From: an uncultured delta proteobacterium
GTDB taxonomy: Bacteria > Myxococcota_A > UBA9160 > UBA4427
DNA: 64,000 nucleotides
Assembly (NCBI GenBank): GCA_963822965.1
Contig: CAWGJT010000010.1
Coordinates: 1,088,001-1,152,000 of the forward strand
Direction: 5' to 3'
Part shown: one piece after another, positions 37,124-49,153 of the stretch
Layout: the number at the start of each line of letters is the position of its first letter
Numbering within the stretch: position 1 is the stretch's first letter
Notes under the pieces: model-generated
The model's database searches: none
Told to the model about the DNA's origin: nothing
What the model saw: only the letters and a program-made list of their open reading frames with translations
Made by a program: the position numbers and the translations under genes

Positions 37124-37147
37124 TTGCCAGTTGACGTTAACTGGTAA
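37124..37147. promoter_or_regulatory. 24-bp imperfect palindrome, candidate MerR operator
   Basis: TTGCCAGTTGAC-GTTAACTGGTAA, 10 of 12 arm positions complementary. Confidence 0.65.
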
Positions 37148-37248
37148 CACAGCCCTGCCCGCCGGCCCAGGAACAGAGCTCGGGGCGGCCGAACGGCGTC
37201 GGCGGCGCGCCCTCGGCCGGCGCCCTCTGCCCTGCCCCCACGGGGCAG

Positions 37249-38778
37249 CTACATCGGGGTGACGCTGCGGCGCTTGGCTGGGCGCGGGTCGCGCCGACCT
37301 CGCGCCGTCTCGAGCCGGGCGCGGATCTCGTCGCGCAGGCGCTCGGGCTCGACGATGGCGTCGATCACCAGCTCGCTGGCCAGCCGCTCGATGTCGATGT
37401 CCTGGTTGTACTCGGCGCGCAGGCGCGCCACCTCCTGCTCTCGCTCGGCCTCGTCCAGGCGCTGCAAGCGGTTGTAGTGCACCGCGTTGACGGCGGCCTC
37501 GGCGCCCATCACGGCGATCATCGCCGTGGGCAGCGCCAGGCAGGCGTCGGGCTCGAAGCCCGGGCCGCACATGGCGTAGAGCCCGGCCCCGTAGGCCTTG
37601 CGCAGGATCACGGAGATGCGCGGCACCGTCGCCTCGGAGACCGCCATGATCATCTTCGCCCCGGCCCGGATGATCCCCTCGCTTTCGACCTTCTTGCCGA
37701 TCATGAAGCCCGGGACGTCCGCCAGGTAGACCAGGGGAAGCCCGAAGGCGTCGCACAGCCAGATGAAGCGCGCGGCCTTGTCGGCGGAGTCCACGAACAG
37801 GACACCGCCCTTCACCTTGGGCTGGTTCGCCACGACGCCCACCGGGTGCCCGTCGATGCGCGCGAAGCCGGTGATGATCTCGCCGGCGAAGAGCCGCTTG
37901 ATGGGGAAGAACGAGCCCCCGTCCACGATCCGCTCGATGACCGGGCGCACGTCGAAGAGACGGTTCTCCTCGACGGGAATCGCGTCGGCGAGGGTGGCGG
38001 GATCCTGGGCGGGCGCCACGGGCTCGGCCACCGGGAGCGGGGCGTCGCAGCACTGCGGGAGATACCCGAGATAGGTGCGGGCGGCCTCCAGGGCCTCCTC
38101 TTCGCTCTTCGCCAGCAGATCGCCGCAGCCCGACACGCTGCAGTGCATGCGCGCGCCTCCCATCTCCTCGAGGCTCACCTTCTGTCCGATCACCATCTCG
38201 GCCATGCGAGGCGACCCGAGGTACATGCTGGCGTTGCCCTCGACCATGAACACCACGTCGCAGAAGGCCGGGATGTAGGCTCCGCCGGCCGCCGACGGTC
38301 CGAAGAGCAGGCACACCTGGGGCACCATGCCCGACATGCGCACCTGGTTGTGGAAGATGCGACCGGCGCCCCGCCGGCCCGGAAAGAGCTGGATCTGGTC
38401 GGTGATGCGGGCTCCCGCGGAGTCCACCAGGTAGACGATCGGAACCCGTAGGCGCTGCGCGCGCTCCTGCACGCGCAGGATCTTCTCGACGGTGCGCGCG
38501 CCCCACGAGCCCGCCTTCACCGTCGAGTCGTTGGCCATCACGCACACGTCGCGGCCGGCGACGCGGCCGGTGCCCGTGACCACGCCGTCCGCCGGCAGGT
38601 CGCCCGCCAGGCTGTTCGCGAAGACGCCGTCCTCGACGAAGGAGCCGGGATCGAGCAGCCGGTCGAGCCGGTCGCGACAGAAGAGCTTGCCCTCCTCCCG
38701 AGCCTTGGCGTGGTACTTCTCCCCGCCGCCGGCGCGGATCTTGTCGAGCTTCTCTCGAACCTCTTCGCCTCGCTTCAC
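37249..38778 (-). CDS. Acyl-CoA carboxylase carboxyltransferase subunit (methylcrotonyl-CoA carboxylase beta-like)
   Basis: ANDSTVKAGSWG, VDSAGARI, AGGAY, DVPGFMIG, RKAYGAG; GTG overlaps upstream stop. Confidence 0.9.
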   Translation of the reverse strand: MKRGEEVREKLDKIRAGGGEKYHAKAREEGKLFCRDRLDRLLDPGSFVEDGVFANSLAGDLPADGVVTGTGRVAGRDVCVMANDSTVKAGSWGARTVEKILRVQERAQRLRVPIVYLVDSAGARITDQIQLFPGRRGAGRIFHNQVRMSGMVPQVCLLFGPSAAGGAYIPAFCDVVFMVEGNASMYLGSPRMAEMVIGQKVSLEEMGGARMHCSVSGCGDLLAKSEEEALEAARTYLGYLPQCCDAPLPVAEPVAPAQDPATLADAIPVEENRLFDVRPVIERIVDGGSFFPIKRLFAGEIITGFARIDGHPVGVVANQPKVKGGVLFVDSADKAARFIWLCDAFGLPLVYLADVPGFMIGKKVESEGIIRAGAKMIMAVSEATVPRISVILRKAYGAGLYAMCGPGFEPDACLALPTAMIAVMGAEAAVNAVHYNRLQRLDEAEREQEVARLRAEYNQDIDIERLASELVIDAIVEPERLRDEIRARLETARGRRDPRPAKRRSVTPM

Positions 38779-39773
38779 TGCTGCTTCCCTCTCGTGGACG
38801 GCGTCGTGGACGGTGCCTGGGGTTGCTCTCCGGACGGAGCGCCGTCGCGGCGGCGCGCCCGTTCGCGCACGCCTCGCTCGGCCCGGTACACGCGGCTCGT
38901 GAGAGGGCGCTTCAGGACGTCCTCCTCGAGCCAGCGGGTGGTTTCGACGAGGCGCTGCAGGTCGATCCCGGTGGAGATGCCGGAGCGCTCGAACAGGTCC
39001 ACCACGTCCTCGGTGGCCACGTTGCCCGCCGCACCGGGCGCGTAGGGACAGCCCCCGAGCCCGCCCAGCGAGGCGTCGAAATCGCGCACGCCCGCCTCGT
39101 AGCCGGCCTGCACGTTCACGATGCCGCGCCCGTAGGTGTCGTGGAAGTGGAGCGCGACGTGGGACAGGGGAACCACCGCCCCCACGGCGTCGACGAGCTC
39201 GCGAACCTGGCCGGGGACCCCCACGCCGATGGTGTCGCCCAGGGAGATGTCCTCGGCACCCATCGCCACCAGGTCGCGCGTGAGCCGCACCACCGCTTCG
39301 ACGGCCACCGGTCCCTCGTCGGGACATCCGAAGGCCGTCGACACGTAGGCGCGGATCGGGACGCCGTCGGCCCGCGCCTGTTCGAGCACCGGGGCCAGCC
39401 GCGCCAGATGCTCGGCCACCGAGCGGTTCACGTTCTTGCGGTTGTGGGTCTCGCTGGCGGAGATGAAGACCGCGGCGCGTTCGATGCCCCCCGCGCGACG
39501 GAAGCGTTCGTAGCCCTGCAGGTTCGGCACCAGGCCGCGATAGTGCACGCCGGGAAATGCCGGCAGCCGGCCGGCCAGCTCGTCGCTGTCGGCCAGCTGG
39601 GGAATCCACTGGGGCGAGACGAAGGACGCCACCTCCAGGGATCGCAGCCCCGCGGCGACCAGGCGCTCCACGAGCTCGAGCTTCACGGCCAGGGGCAGCA
39701 CCTGCGTCTCGTTCTGCAGGCCGTCCCGGGGTCCCACCTCGTGGATCGTGACGGCGGGCGTCGCGCTCGACAT
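38775..39773 (-). CDS. Hydroxymethylglutaryl-CoA lyase
   Basis: EVGPRDGLQNE, HFHDT, GLGGCPYAPGAAGNVATED. Confidence 0.93.
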   Translation of the reverse strand: MSSATPAVTIHEVGPRDGLQNETQVLPLAVKLELVERLVAAGLRSLEVASFVSPQWIPQLADSDELAGRLPAFPGVHYRGLVPNLQGYERFRRAGGIERAAVFISASETHNRKNVNRSVAEHLARLAPVLEQARADGVPIRAYVSTAFGCPDEGPVAVEAVVRLTRDLVAMGAEDISLGDTIGVGVPGQVRELVDAVGAVVPLSHVALHFHDTYGRGIVNVQAGYEAGVRDFDASLGGLGGCPYAPGAAGNVATEDVVDLFERSGISTGIDLQRLVETTRWLEEDVLKRPLTSRVYRAERGVRERARRRDGAPSGEQPQAPSTTPSTRGKQQ

Positions 39774-39827
39774 GGGCTGACCTCCCCGGTTGCTTCCGGC
39801 GCGCGTCGGGTGCGCCGCTGATCTCGG

Positions 39828-40706
39828 CTAGTGATAGCCCAGCGCCTCGATCCGCTTCGGGCTCTTCAGCCACTTCGGGTCCACCTTCACGAACAGCTCG
39901 AGGTGCACCTGCTTCCCGACGAGCCGCTCGATGGGGGGCCGCGCCCGGGTGCCGATGCGCTTCACCATGGCCCCGCCCCGGCCCACGACGATCCGCTTCT
40001 GGGAGTTCCGTGCCACCAGCAGGTTGGCCCGGATGTGGACGAGATCCGGCCGGCTCTCGTCGAAGGACGTGACCTCCACGGCGATCTCGTAGGGCAGCTC
40101 CTGCCCCAGGCTCTCGGTCGCCGCCTGGCGGATCTCTTCCGCGACCAGGAAGCGCACGGGACGATCCGTGAGCTCGTCCTCGGGGTAGAGGGGCGGCGAC
40201 TCGGGCAGGCAGGCCACCACGCATGCCACCAGCTCCTCCACGCCCTGCCCCGTCCGCGCGGAGACGTCCATCACCGCGTGGGCCGTGGCCGCCTCGAGAG
40301 GCGGCCACGCCACGTCCGGCCGGCGCGACAGGTCGGCCTTCGTCCCCACCACGATCACCGGGCGGCCCGCCTGCTGCGCGGCCTCGAAGAGCTGCTGCTG
40401 CACGGGACCCCAGCCGCTGCGTCGGTCCACCAGCAGCAGGGCCACCTCGCAGCCCGCTAGCGCCTCGGACACCGCCTCGTTGAGCGCCACGTTCAGGGGC
40501 TTCCCGCCCTCGTGGAGCCCGGGGGTGTCCAGCAGCAGCAGCTGCGCCTCGGGCCGACTCAGGATGCCCAGAATGCGGCTGCGGGTCGTCTGGGGCTTCG
40601 CGGTGACGATCGCGAGCTTCTCGCCCAACAGCCGGTTCAGCAGGGTGGACTTGCCCGCGTTGGGCGCGCCGAGAAGGGCCACGAAGCCCGCGCGGTGCTC
40701 AGCCAC
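39828..40706 (-). CDS. era: GTPase Era
   Basis: GAPNAGKSTLLN, KPQTTR, DTPG, C-terminal KH domain; follows rnc. Confidence 0.95.
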   Translation of the reverse strand: MAEHRAGFVALLGAPNAGKSTLLNRLLGEKLAIVTAKPQTTRSRILGILSRPEAQLLLLDTPGLHEGGKPLNVALNEAVSEALAGCEVALLLVDRRSGWGPVQQQLFEAAQQAGRPVIVVGTKADLSRRPDVAWPPLEAATAHAVMDVSARTGQGVEELVACVVACLPESPPLYPEDELTDRPVRFLVAEEIRQAATESLGQELPYEIAVEVTSFDESRPDLVHIRANLLVARNSQKRIVVGRGGAMVKRIGTRARPPIERLVGKQVHLELFVKVDPKWLKSPKRIEALGYH

Positions 40707-41541
40707 GTGCGCTCTTCTCGTCGTCGCCGGCGCCCGGCGGCGGGCTTGCGGCCGCTTCGTCTCCCGCGGCTCCCTCCTCGCTCTCCTGCTCGCCCTCCTG
40801 CCGCACCACGGCGGCGGCCAGCGCGTCGAGGTCGAGGCCTTCGCGTCGGGCGTGAGCCTCGCGGGCGGCACGGCGTTCGGCCTCGCGCTTGCTGCGGGCG
40901 GTGCCCCGGGCCACGGGCTGGTCGGCGATGAGAAGCTCCGCGGTGAAGCGCTCGTCGTCGCCCTCGACGCCGGTGTCGCCCGCCGTGCGATAGCTCGGGA
41001 ACACCCCGAAGGTCTCCATCACCCACTCCTGGAAGCGGGTCTTGGGGTCGAGGTCGACCCGCGGCGCCTCGGCGGCGAAAGCGTCGGCGAAGACCCGCGC
41101 CACGAAGCGTTCCACCGGCTCGACGCCGCCGTCCAGGTAGAGGGCGCCGACCACGGCCTCCATGGCATCGGCGAGGATCGTGTCCTTCTCCCGTCCTGCG
41201 GAGCGCACTTCCGTGCGCCCCAGCCGCAGGTGCTCGCCCAGCCCGAGCTGCCGGGCGAGCCGAGCGAGGCCGCGGCGGTCCACCAGGCGGTGCAGGGCCC
41301 GGGTGAGCTCGCCCTCGCGCCACCCGGGGTGCGCGCGGTAGAGCAGCCCCGCGGCGACCATCCCGATCACCGAGTCACCCAGGAACTCGAGCCGCTCGTT
41401 GTGGCTCGCGCCCTCGTTCTCGTTGGCGAACGACGAGTGCGTGAGCGCCTGCTCGAGCCGGGAGCGGTCGCGGAACGCGTAGTCGAGCGTCTGCTCGAGG
41501 ACGTCGAGCGCCGGCTCGCCCGAATCGCCTTCGCCGCTCAA
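40699..41541 (-). CDS. rnc: Ribonuclease III
   Basis: ALTHSS, NERLEFLGDS, DAMEA, dsRBD DPKTRFQE..SKREAE. Confidence 0.95.
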   Translation of the reverse strand: MSGEGDSGEPALDVLEQTLDYAFRDRSRLEQALTHSSFANENEGASHNERLEFLGDSVIGMVAAGLLYRAHPGWREGELTRALHRLVDRRGLARLARQLGLGEHLRLGRTEVRSAGREKDTILADAMEAVVGALYLDGGVEPVERFVARVFADAFAAEAPRVDLDPKTRFQEWVMETFGVFPSYRTAGDTGVEGDDERFTAELLIADQPVARGTARSKREAERRAAREAHARREGLDLDALAAAVVRQEGEQESEEGAAGDEAAASPPPGAGDDEKSARG

Positions 41542-42651
41542 GCGGCGCCCACCTGGGCGCGGCGCGGGGCGCCGGCGATCCAGCCGCCGCCCAGCACGAC
41601 GTCCGGGTCGCCGGCGTCGTAGAAGACCGCGGCCTGCCCCGGCGCCACCGCCCGCACCGGCTCGTCGAAGCACACGCGGGCGCTCCGGTCGCCGTCCGGC
41701 GCCACCTCCGCGGGCGCGGGCGCATGCCGGTGGCGCACCTGCACCCGAGCACGCACCGGGCCGGCCGGCGCCTCCCCCGCCACCCAGTGCACGGCGTCGA
41801 TGCGGGCTTCGCGCGTCTCGAGCCCGGCGGCGTCGCTCACGGTGACGCGCCGGCTCCCTGCGTCGATGTGGCTCACGTAGAGCTTGCGTCCCACGGAGAT
41901 TCCGAGCCCGTGCCGCTGGCCCACGGTGAAGTGGTGCACGCCCGGATGCCGCCCGAGCAAGCGACCGGCGTCGTCGACGATCTCACCGCCTCGATCGCGG
42001 GCGTCGGGCCGGATCGCCTCCACCACGTCCGCGTAGCGCCCCTCCGGCACGAAGCAGATCTCCTGGCTCTCGGGCTTGTCGGCGGTGGCGAGCCCCAGGC
42101 AGCGCGCGCGCTCGCGCACCTCGTCCTTGGTCATCTCGCCCAGCGGGAACCAGGCGCTCGCGAGCTGCGCCTGGTCGAGCTGGAAGAGGAAGTAGCTCTG
42201 GTCCTTGGCGGCGTCCCGGGCGCGTCGCAGCCGGAGCCGGCCGGTCCGCCGGGTCGCGATCGATGCGCGCGTAGTGGCCCGTCGCCACGCGATCGGCGCC
42301 GAATACCCGTGCGCGCTCGAGCAGGTGGTCGAACTTGAAGCGCTTGTTGCACGCCACGCAGGGAATCGGCGTGCGGCCCTGCAGGTAGTCGTCCGCGAAG
42401 GTCTCGATCACCTCCTTGCGGAAGGCGTCCGCGTAGTTGGCCACGAAGAAGCGGACGCCCAGGGCGTCGGCCACGCGGCGGGCGTCGTCGGCATCGGCCA
42501 GCGAGCAGCAGCGCGAGGACGAGCCGGCGAGCTGCATCGTCACCCCGATGGCCTCGCAGCCCTGCTCCACGACGAGCGCCGCCGCGAGAGACGAGTCGAC
42601 TCCGCCCGACATGGCGATCACCACGCGCTCGCCCGCTCCGGGCGCGTTCAC
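41538..42651 (-). CDS. mnmA: tRNA 2-thiouridylase (one apparent frameshift near 42240)
   Basis: AMSGGVDSS, ATGHY, KDQSYFL, ESQEICF, TVGQR, PGQAAVFY. Confidence 0.94.
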
Positions 42652-43805
42652 GGCGCCGCCGCCCGTCGCGCCCGCGGCACGAGCTCGCACAGCAGAGCCA
42701 CCACCCGATCGATCTGCGCCGCGTCGACGCCGTGTCCGACGCTGAGGCGCAGGGAGCTGCGCGCCTGCTCTGGGGTGCGTCCCATGGCCGACAGCACGTG
42801 GGACGGTGTGATCGAGCCCGAATGACAGGCGGCACCGGCCGAGGCCGCCACCCCTTCCAGGTCGAGGGCCTGCAGCAGCACCTCGCCGGGCGCGCCCACG
42901 ACCTCGAGGTTCAGGGTGTTGGGCAGCACCGGCGCCGGCGCGCCGTTCCAGCGCACGTCCGGGATGCGGGCGCGGACACCTTCCCACAGCCGGTCCCGCA
43001 GCGACTCGTAGCGGCGGGCGCGCTCGGCGCCCTCGGCCCGGGCCAGCGCGCAGGCCACGCCGAAGCCCACGATGCTGGCCACGTTCTCGGTGCCACCCCG
43101 CTGCCGCTTCTCCTGGGGTCCGCCCGCCAGCAGGGGCGGAACCTCGCGTCCCCGGCGCACCACGAGCGCGCCCACGCCCTTGGGTCCGTTCAGCTTGTGG
43201 GCCGAGCAGGACAGGAAGACGGCCGGAACCCGCGACAGGTCGACGGGGATCTTGCCCAGGGCCTGGGTGGCGTCCAGGTGCAGGGGCACCCCGCGCTCGG
43301 CCGCCGTCTCGGCCAGCTCCGCCACCGGCTGCAGGACGCCCGTCTCGTTGTTGGCCCAGATGATCGCGGCCAGCGCGGCGTCCGGGTCGGCGACCGCCTT
43401 GTCGAAGGCATCGCGGTCGACGACGCCCTCGTCGTCCACGGGCAGCCGGGTCACGCCGACCCGCTCGCCTTCCAGCAGCTGGCAGGGCTCGAGCACCGAG
43501 GGATGCTCGACGGTGCTCACCACCAGCCGGCACGACCCCCGGTCGGCCAGCGCCCGGCGCACCACGCCCGAGAGCACCGCGTTGTTCGACTCGGTGGCGC
43601 CGGCCGTGAAGAAGACCTCGTCGGGCCGCGCACCCAGGGCCTCGGCTACCTGCTCGCGCGCGCGCTCCACCAGCCGGCGCGCCGCCGCGCCCTCGGCGTG
43701 GGTGCTCGAGGGATTGCCGAAGCCCTCGCGCAGCACGGGGATCATCGCCTCGACGACCTCCTCCCGCAGGGGGGTCGTGGCGTTGTGGTCGAGGTAGATG
43801 CGCAT
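42648..43805 (-). CDS. iscS: Cysteine desulfurase, IscS/NifS type
   Basis: YLDHNATT, GNPSS, SAHKLNGPKG, SAGAACHS. Confidence 0.9.
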   Translation of the reverse strand: MRIYLDHNATTPLREEVVEAMIPVLREGFGNPSSTHAEGAAARRLVERAREQVAEALGARPDEVFFTAGATESNNAVLSGVVRRALADRGSCRLVVSTVEHPSVLEPCQLLEGERVGVTRLPVDDEGVVDRDAFDKAVADPDAALAAIIWANNETGVLQPVAELAETAAERGVPLHLDATQALGKIPVDLSRVPAVFLSCSAHKLNGPKGVGALVVRRGREVPPLLAGGPQEKRQRGGTENVASIVGFGVACALARAEGAERARRYESLRDRLWEGVRARIPDVRWNGAPAPVLPNTLNLEVVGAPGEVLLQALDLEGVAASAGAACHSGSITPSHVLSAMGRTPEQARSSLRLSVGHGVDAAQIDRVVALLCELVPRARRAAAP

Positions 43806-43853
43806 CCTCGCCGAGTCTAGCTGCGGTCCCGGCGGATTCCCGGGCGGCGCGTG

Positions 43854-45221
43854 TCAGGCGGTCGCGGCGGGCTGCGGCGCCACGTGCTCCAGCAGGTCGG
43901 CCAGGCTGCGCTCCCGCAACGGCTCGACCGCCGCCTCCACCTCCGCGAGCACGCGCTGGGCCTCGCCCGCGGAAGCCTCGACGGCGGCATCGCCCTCCGC
44001 CTGGGTCGGCATCTCGGACCGCCGTCCCCGGATGGCCGCCAGCACCTCGCCCACGCGGATGCCCTCGGCGGGTCGGCCGAGCTGGAATCCCGTCTCCGTG
44101 TCGCCGACCATGGTCGCCGTCACGATGCCAGCCTGCTCGAAGCGCACGAGCAGCTCGCTCACGATCCGCAGCGAGCAGCCGAGCCGCACCGCCAGGCGCT
44201 CCGCACTCTGGGGCGCCCAGCGGTCGCGGAACACCCGGGCCACCTCGAGTGCTACCCGCATGCCCACCGCCTCGCGCTCTGCGGGCTCCATGTCCTGGTC
44301 GCGCGCCTCCCGGCGCAGGCGCGCGAAGCTCTGGTGCGCGTTCGCGATCTCGGCCCCGAGGAGCACGATGGCCCAGGACAGGTAGATCCACACGAGCAGC
44401 AGGGGCAGCACCGCGAAGCCGCCGAAGAGGGCGTTGTAGCGCGCGGCGCCCACGCTGAAGGTCACGTAGAAGTACTGCGCGACGCTGAAGAGCAGCGACG
44501 CCACGGCGGCGCCGAGCGCGGCCGAGAGCACCTTCACCCGGGTGTTGGGCAGCAGCGCGTAGGCGAGCATGAAGGAGACGAAGAGGAAGAGGACGGGACC
44601 CACACCCACCAGTACGGTGCGCGCCGCCTGGATGGCCGGCGCCAGGTCGGCCAGGCCGGTGTTCGCGAGCTCCTCGGAATTCGGGGCCAGGGAGACCATC
44701 GAGCCCACCACCAGCGGCACGGTCACCAGCAGCGCCAGGTAGTTGGTGAAGCGCCGCACGAAGCTGCGGGCCCGCACGACGCCCCAGATCTCGTTGAAGG
44801 TCTCCTCGATCTGGCGCAGGGAGAGGACCGTCGTCACGAAGAAGACCGCACCGCCCGCCGAGCCCAGGGCGCCCACGTCCGCGCCCTCGACGAACTGCAT
44901 GATGCGGTCGACGGCCTCGGGACTTCCGGCCAGGAACTGGTTGACCCCCACCACCACGAGATTGCGGCTGAGCCCGAGCCACTTGATGATGGAGAGGAGC
45001 ACCACCAGCACCGGCACGATGGCCAGCGAGGTCATATAGGTGAGGGCGCTCGCCTGCAGCAGCAGGCGGTCCTTCAGGAAGCCTCGCACGATCAGGCTCG
45101 CGAGCTGCAGCGAACGCACCAGCCAGCCCATCAACCCGGTGTAGTGCGCATCCGCGCGCCAGAGCTCCTCGACGAGGAAGCGGCGTGCGCGCTGGATCTG
45201 CTCGACGGGCGAGGTGGCCAC
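43854..45221 (-). CDS. YihY/BrkB-family membrane protein with C-terminal winged-helix domain
   Basis: QASALTYMTSLAIVP, IEETFNEIW, YNALFGGFA..W..VLLGAE; Rrf2-like tail GFQLGRP. Confidence 0.85.
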   Translation of the reverse strand: MATSPVEQIQRARRFLVEELWRADAHYTGLMGWLVRSLQLASLIVRGFLKDRLLLQASALTYMTSLAIVPVLVVLLSIIKWLGLSRNLVVVGVNQFLAGSPEAVDRIMQFVEGADVGALGSAGGAVFFVTTVLSLRQIEETFNEIWGVVRARSFVRRFTNYLALLVTVPLVVGSMVSLAPNSEELANTGLADLAPAIQAARTVLVGVGPVLFLFVSFMLAYALLPNTRVKVLSAALGAAVASLLFSVAQYFYVTFSVGAARYNALFGGFAVLPLLLVWIYLSWAIVLLGAEIANAHQSFARLRREARDQDMEPAEREAVGMRVALEVARVFRDRWAPQSAERLAVRLGCSLRIVSELLVRFEQAGIVTATMVGDTETGFQLGRPAEGIRVGEVLAAIRGRRSEMPTQAEGDAAVEASAGEAQRVLAEVEAAVEPLRERSLADLLEHVAPQPAATA

Positions 45222-45231
45222 GGACGCGAGG

Positions 45232-45723
45232 CTACCGGGCCGGCGCGACCGCCGCCCGGCCCGAATCGCGTGGCCGTGTCACCTCGACCCAGCCGGCGAG
45301 GCCCTCCAGGGTGCGGGGGCCGATGCCGCGGACCCGTCGCAGGTCGTCGACGCGCTCGAAGGCGTGCCGCTCGCGCTCGTCCACGATGGCGGTGGCTCGC
45401 GCCGGGCCGATGCCCGGCAGCACCTCGAGACTGGCCGCGGGCGCCCGGGCGAGATCCAGCGGCATGCCGAAGAGCAGCCGCGTCGGCCCCTGCAGCGGTG
45501 CACCCGCACCCGGCCCGCCGTGGCAGCTCACCTCCGGACCGCGCCCGTCCCCTGCCGGGCGCTCACGCGGCAGCGGACAATGCGGGACCGGCGCCACCGC
45601 GGGCGGCCGCAGGACGACGAGCCAGCCGAGCGCCACCAGCGCGATCGCCGCCCAGGCGGCGGCCCGATCGAGATCCTGCCGGCGCGTCGAAGCCGGCGGC
45701 ACGCGACACGAGGGCCTTGCCAT
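45232..45723 (-). CDS. ComEA-like helix-hairpin-helix protein with one TM segment
   Basis: LPGIGPARA..F..VDDLRRVRGIGP tandem HhH motifs. Confidence 0.8.
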   Translation of the reverse strand: MARPSCRVPPASTRRQDLDRAAAWAAIALVALGWLVVLRPPAVAPVPHCPLPRERPAGDGRGPEVSCHGGPGAGAPLQGPTRLLFGMPLDLARAPAASLEVLPGIGPARATAIVDERERHAFERVDDLRRVRGIGPRTLEGLAGWVEVTRPRDSGRAAVAPAR

Positions 45724-45752
45724 GTTTCCTCGCGCGGGACCGCGGGGGCGGA

Positions 45753-46995
<1,243 letters not shown>

Positions 46996-46998
46996 GGG

Positions 46999-47538
46999 TC
47001 AGCCGATCTCCACACCTTCCAGGCCCGCGAGCAGGCACTCCGACCCGGCTCCGTGACGGGCCGTGCGCAGCTCCCGCTCCCAGGCTTCGAGCACCCGCCG
47101 GGCGCTCCTTCCTGTAGCGCTCGCGGTGAAGCTTCGCGAGCGCTCGCGGCTCGCGTCGCGCTCGATGTGCAGCTCGAGACGATCGGCCGGCAGGGCGTCG
47201 GGAAGCCGATCGCCCCACTCCACCGCCACCACCGCCCCGGGCTCGAGCAGATCGAGAAAGCCCGTGTCTTCGAGCTCGCGCGACGTTGCGAGACGATAGA
47301 GGTCGACGTGCGCCAGCGCCCGCCGGCCGCCCCCGTACTGGTTCACGATGACGAAGGTGGGGCTCGAGACGCTGGCCGGCGCGATTCCGAGGCCACTCGC
47401 CAGCCCCTTCACGAAGGCGGTCTTGCCGGCGCCGAGCGGGCCCACGAGGCTCAGCACGAGCCCCTCGTCGCCGATGGCCGCCGCCAGCAGCCGGGCCGCC
47501 GCCGCCGTGGCCTCAGGGCTCGAGCAGCGGAACTGCAA
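46999..47538 (-). CDS. tsaE: tRNA threonylcarbamoyladenosine biosynthesis ATPase
   Basis: GPLGAGKT, VSSPTF, HVDLYRL, VEW. Confidence 0.93.
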   Translation of the reverse strand: MQFRCSSPEATAAAARLLAAAIGDEGLVLSLVGPLGAGKTAFVKGLASGLGIAPASVSSPTFVIVNQYGGGRRALAHVDLYRLATSRELEDTGFLDLLEPGAVVAVEWGDRLPDALPADRLELHIERDASRERSRSFTASATGRSARRVLEAWERELRTARHGAGSECLLAGLEGVEIG

Positions 47539-49153
47539 CCCCGACCCCGGCCTCGACTGTGGCGAGGGCGGCGTTCGCCGTCTCGCTCGAGCGCAGCAGC
47601 CGCCGCAACGCCTCGATCGCGTCCGGCAGACGCAAGGCCACCTCGCCGGCCACGATGCCCGCCGTGCCGCGCTCGCGGCCGAGCCGATCGGCGGCGTCTC
47701 CGTGCAGCCAGGCGGCCAGCGCGGCCGCCTCGAGCGCCGGCAGGCCCTGCCCCAGCAGGCTCGCCACCAGCCCGAGCAGCACGTCTCCCGTGCCTCCGGC
47801 GGCCAGCACCGGGCCGCCCGTCGGATTCACGATCAGCCGGCCCTGGGGGCTCGCCGTCACCGTGGCCGCGCCCTTCAACACCACCACCGCGCCGGTGGTC
47901 TCGGCCAGGGCGCGAGCCGCCGCCGGGCGATCGCGATTCACCTCCGCGGCCGAGCTGCCCAGCAGCCAGGCTGCCTCGCCCGGGTGGGGAGTCAGGATCG
48001 TCGCCGCCTCCCGGCCGCGCAGGGCGCCCAGCTCGTCCTTCAGAGCGAACAGGCCGTCGGCGTCCACCACCAGGGGCGACTCGATGCGCTTCGCCAGGCT
48101 GCGGACCAGGGCGCCCGTCTCGTGGCTGCGTCCCACCCCGGGCCCGAGCCCCACCACGTCGCGCTCGGCGGCCAGCGCCAGGATGGCGTCCTCGGCCGCG
48201 CTGGCGAGGCTGCGCTCCGCGGTGTCGGCCACGGGCACCGTCATCGCCTCGGTGCACTTCACCTCGAGGATGTCGTTCAAGCCGGCCGGACAGGCGATGG
48301 TGACGAGGCCGGCGCCGCCGCGCTGGGCGCCCTGGGCGGCGAGCGCGGCCGCGCCCGTCTTCCCCTCGCCGCCCGCCACCAGCAGCACGTGGCCGAAGGT
48401 GCCCTTGTGGCCGTCGGCGGGACGAGCCGGCAGGTGCCGGGCCGCGCCGGACGCCGTCCACAGCTCGGCGTGCATCACGGTGCCGGGCGCATCGTCGTCG
48501 ATGCCGATGCGCGCCACCTCCACCCGGCCCGCCAGCGACCGCCCGGGCTCGAGAGCCAGGCCGAGCTTCGGCAGCCCGATGGTGACGGTGACGTCGGCCC
48601 GCACCGCCACCCCCAGCACCTGACCCGTGTCGGCGGACAGGCCCGAGGGCATGTCCACGGACACCACTGCGAGTCCGTTTCGCCCGACGTCCCGGGCGGC
48701 GTTCACATGGGCGATGGCGCTGGCGGGCTCGCCCTCCACCGCCCGGCTGAGGCCGGTTCCGAAGAGGGCGTCCACCACCACACCGCGTTCGGGCAGCCGC
48801 CAGTCTCCGCCCGCGAAGGGCACGCCCAGCCGGCGCGCACGCGCGTGGTTGGCGGCGGCGTCGCCCGTGAGCCGCGAGGCGTCGCCCACCAGGATGACCT
48901 CCACGTCCAGGCCCAGCAGGTGCAGGTGCCGGGCCACCACGAAGCCGTCGCCGCCGTTGTTGCCGGCGCCGCACAGGACGGCCACCGTGCGCGACCCGGT
49001 GCGGGGCAGCACGCGCAGCACGGCGTCCGCCACGGCCCGCCCGGCGCTCTCCATCAGGATCTCGCCCGGAATCTCCAGCACGTCGATCGTGTGGCGATCC
49101 AGCGCGCGCATGCCCGCGGCGTCGGCGAGAGGCCACACGCCCCGTCCGATCAT
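47513..49153 (-). CDS. nnr: Bifunctional NAD(P)HX epimerase/dehydratase
   Basis: [46 protein letters not shown]. Confidence 0.93.
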   Translation of the reverse strand: MIGRGVWPLADAAGMRALDRHTIDVLEIPGEILMESAGRAVADAVLRVLPRTGSRTVAVLCGAGNNGGDGFVVARHLHLLGLDVEVILVGDASRLTGDAAANHARARRLGVPFAGGDWRLPERGVVVDALFGTGLSRAVEGEPASAIAHVNAARDVGRNGLAVVSVDMPSGLSADTGQVLGVAVRADVTVTIGLPKLGLALEPGRSLAGRVEVARIGIDDDAPGTVMHAELWTASGAARHLPARPADGHKGTFGHVLLVAGGEGKTGAAALAAQGAQRGGAGLVTIACPAGLNDILEVKCTEAMTVPVADTAERSLASAAEDAILALAAERDVVGLGPGVGRSHETGALVRSLAKRIESPLVVDADGLFALKDELGALRGREAATILTPHPGEAAWLLGSSAAEVNRDRPAAARALAETTGAVVVLKGAATVTASPQGRLIVNPTGGPVLAAGGTGDVLLGLVASLLGQGLPALEAAALAAWLHGDAADRLGRERGTAGIVAGEVALRLPDAIEALRRLLRSSETANAALATVEAGVGVAVPLLEP

